DNA of 64,000 nucleotides from the human T2T-CHM13v2.0 reference genome, Homo sapiens: NCBI RefSeq assembly GCF_009914755.1, contig NC_060937.1, one strand, 5' to 3'. A program made the position numbers and the translations under genes. This document shows positions 14,601-30,929 of the stretch, piece by piece. Each line of letters starts with the position of its first letter. Positions within the stretch are counted from its first letter, which is position 1. The notes below the pieces were generated by a model. The model worked only from the letters and a program-made list of their open reading frames with translations, was not told where the DNA came from and ran no database searches.

Positions 14601-16054
14601 TATATCTTATTTTCCAGAGTCCCTTCCTTCTATATTATTCTCATTCCTCAGTAAATAACCTGAGGATTTTCTTTTCATGGTAGAGTTGTAACTTCATGGA
14701 GTCAGAAACTTTATCCTGTAAGTCAGAAACTTTAAAGATATTCTGTAAAATATTATAAATAAATAAAACTTTAAATTGAATGCCATGTTTAATTTTTTAA
14801 CACTAAGAAGGAAAGATAAAAACTAAGATTCAAAACACAGGATAGCATAAGGAACTTTACTGACCCACAGTTGTTATAATATATTTAGCATTTTTATTTT
14901 CTGTCTTGTTCCGGTACTATAATAATCCCAGGATTATGTTGCCATTATTTCTAAGGCTGGAATGCTTTTCTATGTAAGGTGTTTAAAAAGAAAATATGTT
15001 CTTTCTTTTCCCTTCCTGAAGTCTAAACATGCTTTTTCACCTGCACTAGAAAAGTTAACTGTCCACATTTATATTCATAGAGCAGGAGAGACACCCAGTG
15101 GCAGAAATACTTTTTGCTGCTTTTTTCCCCCTAACGAGGCCAAAAGCCTGATTGAGCTATTTATTGATTCTTATAATTTGTGTCTTCTGATTGCTTTTAC
15201 AAAATTATTTTCCACATAATAGAAATATTTTCTTCTCTGACTGTTAATTGGAGTTTACCCGAATGGGAAACTAGAGCAGGCTTGGTGTTCGCTATTGGAA
15301 TGAAAGTTCATCCATAGACTCAATTAAGACAGCTCTATTCACACCACTGTTAGAGCAGTCTGGTGTTAGATAGAATGTAAAAGCCTTAATATTAGGGACT
15401 GTCTTGACATGTAAGCAAGTAAATGTTAGCTGTTAAACTGAAAGCTAGCCTGCTGCTTTATTATAAAAATTTTCTGAAATTTCTGAAAAATGGAGACTCA
15501 GTCAAAAGATTGCACGTGAACACAGAAAAAGTGACATAATAAGGTTACATGAAGACTGTACTAAAAAGCTGCTAGTAGGCACTAGAGGCTGCTCTAATGA
15601 CTGGTTCCATTTTTAATACAAAGTCTGCACATTCTTTGTTCTTTGCCAGCCGTCTGTCTTTCCTCACTTGTAATTTCTACTCCCTCAAAACTTTGGTTTT
15701 TATCATGGCTCAGTTTGATTCGTCTGGCCTGTCCCAACATCAGCTCCTTTCAACTTCAATTTCTATGGCCTCTTTCCTTTCTGCTTTATAGTTTGATCTA
15801 CTAAGAGAAGATGATTAGCCTAACTTAGCTTTCAGAATTGTTACGTTGTTGGCCCCTTGCATTGGTAGCCATTTGGTTAGGTGTTAGACAATTTTCAGCC
15901 AATCCTGGCATGGAGTCGCATGATCAGCACAGGATTTTTTTTTTTTTTTTTGGCAAGAGCTGCAGACAGTTTATCTCAGAAGATATCTCTGGACATGACA
16001 GATATTTTGAAGGTTTGTCCAAATGGAAATTCAAGGTATTGGGACATTCCAGAG

Positions 16055-16240
16055 CTGTGGTCCTCATGTGTTAGCTATATCAGAATCATGCTTAGGGCTT
16101 ACTAAAGCACAGATTACTGGGCTCTACTCAGAGTTTCTGATTCAATAGATCAAAAACTGGATGGCACTCAAGAATTTGCGTTTATAACAAATTCCCTGGT
16201 GATGCTGCTGGGCAAGAGAACACACTTTGAGATGCATTGT
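16055..16240. mobile_element. MER5A-like hAT fossil (similar remnants at about 12525-12676 and 40330-40502)
   Basis: cagaatca...cacagattactgggc...cagagtttctgattca...agaatttgcgtttataacaaattccctggtgatgctg...cacactttgaga. Confidence 0.65.
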
Positions 16241-16593
16241 CAGGGCATATTAAACTGTTATTGACTGAGGTAATCTATTTCTAAACTTTTTACAAAAGAA
16301 ATTCACTTTGGGGGTAAAATGTATATCTAACTGAATGCTGAAATCATTATTTTCATTTACTGTTTTCAAACAAAACTGTGATTTTATGATGAGTCTTTGG
16401 GTTCCCCTGACCATTATGCTTTCTTACAGATTGACCTTAACTAGTTTGGTTTAATCTGCTTTCTTGTAGTTAAAATTTTGCCCCAAGGTACAAAATTGTT
16501 TAAGTTTTAATAATTTTTTTTCTCTTACAAAGGTGAATGCTATGACTCCAGTTAAAAAACAAGTTCTAGAAATATATTGACAGGGAGATTTGA

Positions 16594-16839
<246 letters not shown>

Positions 16840-16975
16840 TAACTCAAAACCACTAAAACTGTGTTCATCATTACATCTAATTAATCCTAATTAGTCCACC
16901 AAAATTATGCTTGCTTTGATTATAAACAATTTTTTTCACATTTGTAATTTACACTACTCTTCTTCAATTCCTCAG

Positions 16976-17025
16976 TTACTCCAAAGATGGAATAGGGGTA
17001 CCATTTATGGGAAGTTTGGCAGAAT
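16976..17025 (+). CDS. GPR180: GPR180 coding exon 5, 50 nt
   Basis: Acceptor ttcaattcctcag|T, donor GAA T|gtgagt. Encodes (S)YSKDGIGVPFMGSLAE and follows a 137-nt intron. Confidence 0.94.
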
Positions 17026-17220
17026 GTGAGTATCTTTCTGAGCATTTTTTAAAAAGCTTTTACACTCGCTATCTGCTTTTTTTTTATTTCTTGTCATAGT
17101 ATAAATTTTCTGTCGAAAATTGTTTAGAAATCAGCTTGACTGAGAACAGGATTACAGTTTAAGTTCCCATATGTCTTACTTAGTTTCTTCTTAATAATAG
17201 GTAATGTGTACAGCTCCTCG

Positions 17221-17542
<322 letters not shown>

Positions 17543-18497
17543 TAGGTATATTTATATACATTCTCTCATCTTATCCTCAATAGAAAAGGGGTCTGCATAT
17601 CCTTATTTTGCAGATAAAGGATCTGGGCTCAGTGATGTGAAACATACTTCCACATGTCAGTCAGCTATTGAGTGGTAGAGACTAGACTCAGACCTAAATT
17701 TTCTTACCTCAAAGCTGAAGTTTTTCTTCCTATTATAATTCCACTCTCTGTTATAACTGACTCTTTTCTATTTCTGACCCAAAGCCTAAAACTCACATCA
17801 AAATACGCTGTGAAGAAAAGTGATAAGTTTTCTTAAAAATCATTAAATGCTACCTCATAAAATAAATATATATATGAAACTTGAAGCATTTATAGATTTC
17901 TGTTGTTTTCTTGTAGTGTTAACCTGGATACAGGTGGTTTTGATACATCTTTTCTGTTTGAAGTAGCAGGCTTCCCCTGCAGTGTAGGTGATGGCCACCT
18001 GGTGGCACATCACACTAATGCATGGAGCTTCTCATTTGTCTTCAGGATTCTGAAAGTAAAGCCAATGTTTGGATGTTATGGGAGCTATGCATTTCATTGT
18101 ATTGTTTCTTGTTAATAGTTTTAGAAAATACTCTTCACATTATAGTTCAGCCATCAAAAAAAATTCACCCAGAAATGAAGGTACTAGTATTCTCCATATT
18201 GCAGAAATCGTATTTAGAATTTGCTTTAATAAGCAGTGAGTTATAGAGAACAGGATTATGTAGTTAGAAAAGCTAAGAAAAATGGGAAACGAAAAGAGTT
18301 AAGGTTGGACTTAATGGACATATGGTATGGGCATATATATGTATTTTTAAATAGTATTGCTGCTGTTTTAACTATTTTTATAAATATATTACAAAATTTA
18401 TGGCAATTTTTAAATCTTTAGAATTATTACCTGCGAATATCTCTTAATGAATTTCGTTAGCTTCTCTTTGAAAATGGCTTTTTGTGGTTTTTCTTAA

Positions 18498-18833
<336 letters not shown>

Positions 18834-20162
18834 TAAGGAATTTGTGTCATTTTTTTTTTCTTGAAATTTCTGAGCTTCTACAATTTGTGTCATTTAAAGT
18901 ATGAATTTAAAGAGTGTTAGATCAAATAATCTTAATTATCTGGATGCTACTATATGTAGACTGCAGAATTTAATTATAATTTACCTGAATTTGAGCTCCT
19001 ATCAGCTTATTTAAGCACAGTATGTTTAATACTAGGTTAGAGTCTTATTTCCTACTTAATAATAGCTTTCTTTCATATTTCTCTAGCACATGGTAAGTAC
19101 TTAACACTGAATGAGTGATTCCATGAATTTGAGATTTATCCATTGTCAAGAATCTTTAGGATTGGCTGCTTTGTACGTAAAAGAATTCAGGTGATTATCT
19201 AAGATTAATTAAAGGGCAAAATATAGACTAAAAAAGAATGGGATCTTGTTTTTGAAAGCAAATGTAAAAACAAAACTAGTCTTTTATAAAGGTCCTGCAT
19301 GCCTTTTTTTTTATTTTCCTCTATATTAATAGTATTGACATTCTAAGATACCCATATGCCTATGTTCAATGGATTTGTAAAAATTAAGAAGAAAGGTTAT
19401 AAAGAAAAAAATTTGTACTGAGTTTTTGATGAGCATTAGCTATAGATGAAAATGAATTATATACTTAGGCTCTGTAGAGGACATTATAATGTAAGTTTAA
19501 TGCATTAAATAAATTGAAAAATGTATTAATGAAGGATGGGGTCAGTGCTTTATTCATCTTTCTATCCCTAGTATTTAATATAGTAGGTTTTGAGTGGAAT
19601 AGGAGTATTGAATTTACATGAATGATTTGAGAAAGAGACCATATCACAGGTGGTGATATTTAGAAAGGAGGTAGTGCCAGGAAAGGGGATGATGAGAAAT
19701 AATTGAATTAGAAGAATTGATTAAAATAAGGTTGAGATTCTACCAACTTAATGTTTTTGAGCCAGGACTTATGGAGAGTAGTGTCAATGTCAGGTTAAAT
19801 TCTCACTTTTTATTTCTTTTTAAAAATTTCATTTTTATTATTTCATTGTAATTTTAATTTATTGTCATAGACAAATATGAATTGAGAACTGAGATAATAT
19901 TACACTAGAGTTTATATGAACATTTATGAAGAATACATTAAATATAGCTCTGATCTTCAACAAGCCAGACAAGGCAGATCAGACAGGCAGTCAGAGACTA
20001 TACAAATACATACGTATTTTATACAGATCACATATTAGCATATGTATATGAAAACAGGGAAGTTTGAATATGTAAAAATATGAACCATGGGCTGTGGTAG
20101 CTCTGTGGTAGCACTTCTGTATTGCAAAAGTGAAGTTCAGAAATGTTGGTTAAGAAATCAGG

Positions 20163-20388
<226 letters not shown>

Positions 20389-20573
20389 TAGAATTTTTTA
20401 AAAATCTCTTAACTGTGGTCTCACTTGATAAAAATTCATTTTGTCTAGCTTAGGGTATTAGAGTGATGAAAAGACTGTACTTTATTAATTAACAACCTCT
20501 ATGGTCTGATAGGAATGTTTATATAACATTTAAAGGGATGTTTATTAAAGAGTTGAAAAAAATATTGTAATGA

Positions 20574-20840
<267 letters not shown>

Positions 20841-20913
20841 TGATTATCCACTTGGTTCTGGTTTCTTTGGGAAGTTAATAAACAACTACATGCTAACTTT
20901 TATTAAACTTCTG

Positions 20914-21210
20914 GGTTGGGCACAGTGGCTCACTCCTATAATCCCAGTGCTTTGGAAGGCCGAGACAGACAGATTGCTTGAGCCCCCAAGTTGGAAACCA
21001 GCCTGGGCAACATAGACCCCATCTCTACAAAAAATTAAAATTAGCCACGCTTTGTGGCGAGCACCTGTTGTCTCAGCTACTCAAGAGGCTGAGATGGGAG
21101 GATTGCTTGAGCCTGTGCATTGAAGGCTTCAGTGAGCCAAGATTGGGCCACTGCACTCCAGCCTGGGTGACAGGGCGAGACCTTCTTTTTTTCAAAAAAA
21201 AAAAAAAAAA
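20914..21210 (+). mobile_element. AluJ
   Basis: Dimer with A-tail and TSD aaacttctg. Confidence 0.88.
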
Positions 21211-22044
21211 ACTTCTGTTATGTGACAGACACTACCATAAGTTCTTTATGTGGTTCAACTCATTTAACCTTAGCAACTTATGTGATGTAGGTATTATCCC
21301 TATTTTACAAGACCTGTGAGACAGTATTTTCCATATATTCTTTGCGGGTCAGTTTTGCCTGGTTCATAGTTTCATCAATAGGGATTTTACATTTTTTTCT
21401 GTAATACCAGAATTTTAAATTTTTAAAATCAAATATGGTTTGGATTTCTCAACAGTTATTAATTGACTATAAACTGTTATTCTCAGAGTTATGCAGTGTT
21501 TTATAACAGTTAGGAGCTATCCTTCAGCATAAGCAGCTGGAGCCAGGAGGCTGAGTCCATGTGTTTCAGCCAGCCTCACCCCATCCACATGAGATCGTGT
21601 CACTTTATTCCTCCTTTCTTGACCTTCTTGTGCTAGTGAGATCTAAAAGCAAATTCAGTTTTTTTTCTATACAGGAGAAGGGTTAGAGCAGTAACATTAT
21701 AGAACCTTCCCTCCCTAGAAGGTTTCATTTTTCTGTCAGATTGAGAGAATCCATACCCCTTCATTTTAGCCCTGCGAACCAGCATTCTGATCAGACTGAT
21801 TCTGTTCAGGCAGCCCACCTTGTCCAGAGTTATTGGCCGTTATTCTGAGGCAGCTATGGAAGGAGAGCCAGATTCCTGCTTTATTCCTAGTGTTGAGCAT
21901 TGCAAAGCTGCTGCTGCTGCAGCCCTAAGAACCAACTTCAGGCTTCTGAGCGCAAGACAAGAAGATGTCATCCTGCCTTTGAGTTTTTCACAGGGACAGT
22001 AGTGCTTATTGTTTGATAAGTTAATATGTATTTGAGGTGTTTAG

Positions 22045-22623
<579 letters not shown>

Positions 22624-23403
22624 TCTTGTTTTGCTTTATGCTTAAAGCAGTGCAAAATTTAAAGTATTTCATGTTTTAATTTAACTTTCTAAATAGGATC
22701 AAACATCTAAAAGTATTTAAGGAGTAGCAAAAAGTTATTCTCACCTCCTCACACAATTGCTATTAGTTCTTAATTTATCCTTCTGGAGTTTTAAGTATAT
22801 ATGCCTATATATATTTCCTTTCATTTTTATACAAATAGTAACATACTAAACATTTTTCTATATCTTGTTTTTTTCTCCCTATATCTTTAATGTACCAAAC
22901 ATTTCAACAGCTATTTATTAACTTATTTTTTATTTCAAATTTAATTTTGGAAAAGAGAATACATTACTAGGTTCAAGGAAGAATAGAAAAATATTTGAAA
23001 AGTATAAACAGTTACCCATTCTTACCTGCCCAGCTCCCCCTCCTCTGTTCTAACCCTCAAACAGGTAACGACTATTAATGTTTTTTGTGTATTTTTACAG
23101 GATTTCTTTGTGTATCAGCATGCAAATATGAATGTACATTCTTTTTTCTTTTACAGGAATATTACACATTTGTGCCTTGCTTTTGTCACTTAATAATTTG
23201 TTACTTATATTAATAATTTGTAGTGTATCAAAATGTGTATGCAACAGATTTATAAACATAAGATTATAAATACTCCAAAAATACTCATTTGGTTAGAAAC
23301 AAAATATTAATGTCACAGCAACAGTAAATTTATTTCTACATTTTATTGCAGGCTGTACTCTAAAGGCCTGTTGAGGTTAATCAGAACCTAAAAATGCTAG
23401 TAA

Positions 23404-23622
<219 letters not shown>

Positions 23623-24450
23623 TAGGAGGGACCTATTTATTTTTTAAGACATTTTCTGGGTTATTTAAAACTTTGAAACAAAATAGTAAACCAATAAGCA
23701 GATAAATTTGAAGTTTAAAATATTTTTAAAATATTTATAAGCAAAATGGTGGAAATAGCTTTTCTTGATTGTACTACAATAGATAATTTTAAAATAGAAA
23801 TTTTGTTTTATAAATTAGAGAATTTATAATACATCTTTTAAAAAATGATTAAAATTTTTCTTACATAATAGCAAAAATCAAGATTTGTAAAAATCAGTCT
23901 AGTTATTGAACAGACTACAAACCAGAGTGCCATGCTCAAGTATGATGCATTTTGATTGTGTTGATACCTACCTTCTTAGGTGAATGGCTCCATCATTTCA
24001 AAATAGAGGTCTGCCAGGAGCCCTTTACAAGCAATGCAGTATGTGCCTGAATGCACAAATGTTTATTGAGCCTGAGGTGTTTACAAAGGGTGAATAGATA
24101 GGACAGTAGTCTACAAAAATAGAGAAGCAACTTGAGAATTTTTGAAAGGGCTTTTAGAGTACTCTTTAAAGTTCAGGTAGGAGCGTGCTTTATTCCTGTT
24201 CCTAAATTAGCTAGGAACCTGATTTTTCTTATTTACTGAAACTTGTCTGTAGTGCATACCCTTAGGAGAGAATGGTTTAGCAAGTTATTCTTTTGTGCCT
24301 TACTTTGTCATCTACAAAATAACTGTTAAAGGGATTTTTATCCTTAAACAATTAGAGTTCTGAGCATTAGTCAGAAAATTTTTTTGATAAAATGTACCTA
24401 TGGTAAAGATGAAAGATAGAGTATTGTATTTATATAAAAAGCATATATAG

Positions 24451-24681
<231 letters not shown>

Positions 24682-27600
24682 TACTTGATTTTTGTTGAGA
24701 GGAAAAGTGAATTGGTTAAAAGAGTGCAATAAGGATCCAAATACAGTGACTTTTTTTTCAAACATTTAGTATGAAAACTTGAACAGCGAAAGCAGAGCAT
24801 GTTATTTATATAACTGCATTTAAGCAGTACCAAGACTGAAAAAAAAGGTAATAAATGAAATGTTTTGAAATATACTTAAACAACAAACTTTGAAGAAAGT
24901 GTTGTTATAAAATTATTGAAGCGATTTCTATGTGGAAATAAATGTGAAAAATAACTATGATATTTTGGTAAAATATTCACCACTTATAATGCCTCATCTT
25001 AATAGCTAACTCAGGTTTAATAGTCTTATAAAAAGTAATCAGTTAAATGATTACTTGCTTATAAATATCTAAACTAGTCCAGTTATGAAATCAGTGTAAT
25101 ACATTGATTTTTAAAACTGCTGCTTTTTATGCTTTAAGGAAAATGTATTTCATATTTGAGTTTAAAGGAATTGAAATTACTTCAGGAAATGAATATAAAA
25201 TAGGTTCACAGTTAAATGAATAAGCTTTTGTTTATTTGTGGGTGGAGTTATTCTCCAATTTTTTCTGCCATTTTTGGCTCTAGTTCAGGTTTTAGCTTGA
25301 TTAGCAAAGGTTTTTGACAAACAGTTTATGAAAAAATAAAACTTAAATACATTACACGGGTTGTAAGGACAAAGGATTTTAAAATCTGAGCACTTAGGTG
25401 AAGGGACAAGCAGGTTTATGTGTTTAAACAGAAAGAAGGGAAAAGGTACTATGTGATATGGTACTGAAATTTTGATCCCAATAGAATTCATTTCTCTTAC
25501 GTTGAATCCCCAATCATAATTAAGCCGTATACACAGATTAAATTAACAGAAGCATTTCACATAAATGTTGGTTTCAGTCATCAACTACCCATGAATTCCT
25601 GCCCAAGGATACTTAATCAGGATTAAATTTTCTATGAATAATTGAAAAACAAAACACTCACTGGATTTGTTATAATCCGTGTTGGCACTGGATTCTAAGT
25701 AGTTGCCATCTTGAATCCTTTGTAATAAAGCCATACTTTTGTGTGTGTGTGTGATGCCCCAGTATTGAGTATGCTAGCTAAAAAATATCAAGTGCCTGAT
25801 TAAAGAATTGCTAAATGGTTGTCAATACTCGCTGTATAAAATGAGTATTCCCATTAATAGTCACTGATTGGAAATTATTCTGTTGCTGTTTGTCAAGCTG
25901 TTCAGGCCTTTTCCTTTTTACTTCTGGCTTATTTTAAAAATATTTTTTATCTATTTACTGTGTGTTTAAGCAAGCAACAGTGCACTGATCTGGTAGTTAA
26001 ATTTTTTAATTAAATAGTTAAAATAATGTAGTGCAACTTAAAAATATCTATGGCTTTGTTTTTGTTTTTCTTTTGTACCTAGTCTCATTGGAAATGACTA
26101 GTATTCTGCCTCATTTTCAGGGCAGAATATGTGTTTGTGACCCAAAATGACAAAGTTACCAAGTTCAACCTGCTCATTTAATCATCTCTCTATTAGTTCT
26201 TTGTAAATCACTTAGTACATTAGAGCTACAGGTTAAGACTAGAAAGTCTGAGTTATGTTTTAGGTATACATGATCGTCTGAGTGGTCATAACCTTTTCTT
26301 TTATCATGTCTCGCTAATAACCCCAGCTATTGTCTGTTGTGTTCAGCTGAGATGCAAAAAAGAAATTAAGCAAAAAAGAAAAAGGTGAAGACTTTTCATG
26401 AATTTTGTGAACTTGCCAAAAGGGGAAGGGAAAAATCTTTGTGTTACTTCACTCAAAGAACATAAGTAACTGCAATTAACATATATGAAATTTATTACTC
26501 TGCTTGCATTTATGAAACTAACCAGTTTTTTAAACTTTAATTCTTAAATTTGTGGTTGGAAATGCTGATAATTTATTTTGTTATTTAAGAGCTGTTGTTA
26601 AGTGGAGGAAAGTAGTTGTTAATAAATGTATAAAACTGTTCTTGACTAGTAATCAGGGACAAAATTTATAGTTCATAAGTCATGACACAGTATTCGCTCT
26701 TTTTCTGAATGTTTACATAGAGATTCATCACTGCAGATTACAGAAAGTTAAGTGTATACTACAAACTCTAATTAAAGATAAAAATCTTTTCTACTTTTCT
26801 TTGTCAGATAATGCTTTTTTATGTGTTTTTACATTTTTTGAAAGAAGATAAATGGTTCATCCAGAGCTTTATTAAGAAGCATTTCTTTTCTTCCCTTAAA
26901 AAATAGATGCTTATTTTTATTGACATGTGTATAATAAGATGGGTGCCTACTGTGATGCATTTTACCAGGCATTTTACCTTCATTATTACTCATCTCTATT
27001 GTGATAACCAGGCTCCCATTTAACTGAGTATAAGAGAGAATAAATGATTTCTCTAAGGTCATCAAACTATTTAGTTTTTCCACTTTACCTTCATGATTTA
27101 AGGAACATGTATTAGCTGTGTTTTAGTGAGAATGAATTGCTATCCATCATAATTTTTGCTGTTGATTTGAACATTAAAACTGGAATTGTGCTAAAATCAG
27201 AACATGCGCTTGAATATCTGTAAGACCTCAGCACACTTCAGTATTTGAACCTGGCTTTTAACCAGACAGTATTACTAGCAGGAGAGTTAATCTAGGCAGA
27301 AGAGCTTGCTTTAGGGTAATTATTTATTATCTCCAGTAAAGTCACATCTGATGAACATAGGAGATACACAAATCTGAGATCATCTCTAAAATAATGAGAC
27401 TAGAACCTATCTATCAACATGAACATGGGCTCCTTCAGCATGTTTCTTCTAGGAGACTGCACGTTCTTTGGAATTTGGAAATTTGGAATTATCTGTGAAA
27501 CATTTTCTTAAATAGCTTCTGTGGTATCAAATCATTGAGGTTGTTTTTTGTTTGTTTTGAGAATTGATATGATTGTTAGAAGTAGCCAGATACGAAGAGG

Positions 27601-27859
27601 TAATACTGTTTTTTATTCCAACATGTATTTGTGAATTGAGACTAAAATAATGAGATTGGTTTTCCTCTGTGATCTGAAAGTAGTGTGGTAGAAGCACCGT
27701 AGCTTGATTTCTTGCAATAGCTCTCTAAGTAATATTACCATGTCCACACTTGGGCAGCCTTCTGCACAGCTCCAGGGGCATCATATGTGTTGTGCTGTAG
27801 GAGTGCCATGAAGCCTGGAGGTGAGGAAAGAAGTGATCCTGCCCACTAGGGCCATTCTC

Positions 27860-29165
27860 CACAGTGTAGCCAAAACAATCTCTTAAAAATGGAAATCATC
27901 TGGATGATGAGCATACAGAAATTCTTTGTGCTAATCTTGTAATTTTTTTGTAAGTTTGAAATTATTTCAAAAAGTTTAAAAATCATATAAATCAGATCAA
28001 ACTACTACTTCCCTGACAAAAACCCTCCATGTGCCTCTCATTGCACTTAGGAAAAGAAGTCCTCACTCATTACTATGTTCTGCAAGGCCCATATGATCTG
28101 GTTATCTCTTAATTTGTACCACTCTCTCACACACATATCCCAGCCTCATTGTCCTTCATCAAAAAAAGATCTAGCTTATATCACAGCCTCAGATACTTGG
28201 CACTAGCCATCTTCTCTGCCTGGGACATTCTCTTCCAAATCTTAGCATGGTTGGAAGGCTGAATCCTCATCCTTCAGGTTCTCAGCTGAGATGTCTTTTA
28301 GAGAACTCACCATCTGTGGTGGATTTATATGGTGCAGTTTAGTCAACCTGGAGATAGGTTCTGCAGAATTCTCTTCCATGCATAATTTCAGGACAATGTA
28401 GGCCATAAGAAATGTTTGATACAAGATATAGAAGGCAGAAGTAAAGTAGCAGCCAGATCTGCATTCTTTTTGTAAGAGGAAGGGCCAGACAAGGCACAAG
28501 GCACAAGGCACTGTTGCAGCTTATCCACATTATTGCTTATCTGTTGGCTTGTCTTGGCCTGTGGGACAACAGCCAGGCCCACAGGAACACCAGTTCCTGC
28601 CGGAATGGCTCCTTCAGCTTCTCTGGCTCCTGGGCCAGGTGTGCGTTTTACTCTGACAAAGGGTGCCAGCTTCTGCTGGACAACTCCATCATTCACACTG
28701 GAGGATTAGAGGCAGGGAGAGACCTGTATGGCTTCCAGTCCATCCTCACAAGTTCCACTCAGTTCCCACAGGTTCTACTCATCCTAGCAAGTTCCTTGCT
28801 TCCCCCATTTCCCATGTCTTCCCTTTCCAACTGCCAGACACAAAAGAAACCGCCTCCTATAATCCCTATAATAAGCCCCTTATTTTGAATATTAAGATAT
28901 GTGTATGTGTATTAGATCCTAGTGGTTCTTTTCTGATCAGACCCTGATTAACCATACCATCCTACCTAATGCTATTCCCCCATCCTAGTTCTATCATATT
29001 ATCCCTTTTTTTGTTTGTTGTACTTAGCTGGTTTATCTTTGTCATCTCTCAAATTAGAATATAAATTTTAAGTGAGTTTGTCTCTATTGTTCATTGCTGT
29101 ATGCCTAATACTAGGACACTCCCTGGTGCATACTAGATGCTCAAAAATATTTTTGAGTGAATGAA
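27860..29165 (+). mobile_element. L2 3' remnant interrupted by an LTR
   Basis: ctctgcctgggacattctctt...; terminal tagatgctcaaaaatatttttgagtgaatgaa. Confidence 0.65.
28315..28956 (+). mobile_element. Solo ERVL-type LTR (LTR33/LTR41-like)
   Basis: TG start; end ...agtggttcttttctgatcagaccctgattaaccata; 5-bp TSD CCATC at 28310-28314 and 28957-28961. Confidence 0.7.
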
Positions 29166-30139
29166 GGCAATGCTGAAAAAGTTCCAAATCTGTACTTAAC
29201 AGTGTAGTATTAATTATGTAATAGAAGTACCCGTAGTGACTTCAATAATACCTTGCCTATTCTTTGTTCAATTGCATGGAACTTGGTAGTGTGTAAAAAT
29301 CTTGACTAGTCAAGTAGTTGTCATAAAACATCAGTTACGAGAGGATTTCTCAAATTCTCACAGAGGCAGTTTCTCTTTATTTTATGTAGTCCTGTAATAG
29401 GACCATGTGTCTGGTTTCTGGCCTGCCACAACCAGAAGCACCAATTTAAAAGAGAAGTTTCTAGTCAGCTAGAGGAGGGAATGTTGACAGTAGTCAGAAG
29501 CAGCTGGGAAAAGATGGGAAAACTAGAAATGACAATAACACTCAAATTGCAGCAGCCTGGGGTCATTTAGTGTAGGTGAAAGCAGCCCTGTGTTGTGTAT
29601 CTCAGTAGACTCTTAAGAGATTTGTTGTTCAATGTATTCATGACAGTGACTGATGGTAATCAAGAAAATATTAAGTTATAAGTTATGTTCAGTAGCCTCA
29701 AAGAAGTATGCGAAAACCTTCTAATGTTTTCTTCTTGTTAAACAGGTAATATATGCACATTGTACAAAAATCAGAAAGTTGAAAAAGGTGGGGAAAAGAA
29801 GTCCTTCTCTCACTCATTTCCCTTCCCTGAATCCAAACTCTGTTACCAGTTATCTTTCTAGAAATGGCCCCATGCACATATAAACATATATGAAACACAA
29901 ATTATAGCATAACATACAGACTTTTGCACATTCAGCAATTTATTCTGTAGCCTTACCTAGAATTGTCCCATTTTTTTCACCAATTGCATAGAACTCCATT
30001 ATATGGATGTATTTTGATTTTTTCAAAGAATCAGTTCTGTTACTGCACGTTGTTGGTTTTCAGTCTTGCTAATACAGACAAGGCTGAAATTAAGACAGTA
30101 ATCAAGAATTTGCCAAGACTTCCTTCCCTCCTCCCAAAA

Positions 30140-30824
30140 TGCCTCCACTCCAGGTTCCAGGTCTAGATCCTTGGGATTTTCTAGGTGATGGAAGTATCTT
30201 TGTTATTCATAGTGAGCTCTGATAGTTACGCTAACAAGATGACTCAAATAGGGGCTAGCCACACCAGAAGACCAACCATTGGATTAGAGGGTTGGAGTTT
30301 TGAGTCATATGATATTAGCCCAACCTCTGAGGTGGAGAGAGGGGTTAGAGATGGAGTTCAGCTTTATATAGAGATTGAGTCAATTAATCATGCCTGTCAT
30401 GAAACCCCGAGAGAAACTCTGGTCAGTGATGCTCAAGTGAACTTCCCTGGTTGGCAATACTCTGGTGTGTTCTAGGAGGGTGACATGTCCCTGAGGGCAC
30501 AGAAACTTTGTGTTTGGGATCCTCTTACACCTTGCTCTATGTATGTCTTCTTTTGGCTGTTCTGATTTGTATCCTTTTGCTATAATAAACTGTAATAGTA
30601 CGCATAGCACTTTGCTGAGTTCTGTGAGTTGTTCTATTTAATTATAGAACCTGAAGGTATTGTGGGGACCCCTGAACTTGCAGCCAGTTGGTCAGAAGTA
30701 AGGATGGTCCTGGGAATGCCCAAAGTTGCTAGTTTCTGAAGTGAGGGCAGTCATATGGAGGACTGGGCCCTTAATCTGTGAAGTTTGGCTTAACTTCAGG
30801 CAGTTGGTGTCAGAAGCCATTGCA
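30140..30824 (+). mobile_element. MER21-family LTR
   Basis: ggattagagggttggag; aataaactgtaatagta...ctgagttctgtgagttgttcta; gcagccagttggtcagaagt; ends gtgtcagaagccattgca. Confidence 0.75.
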
Positions 30825-30929
30825 AATATCCTGATTATCCGTGCAAAACAAAAACACTTAACAGAAAATTACGTTGTACTCTCTGTACGGATAATTTTCG
30901 GTTAAGTGTTTTTGTTTTCCATGGATTGT

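Noticed and set aside
28242-28947. Overlapping 63-124 aa ORFs on both strands
   Set aside because: They lie within an LTR/L2 remnant and show no recognisable protein similarity.
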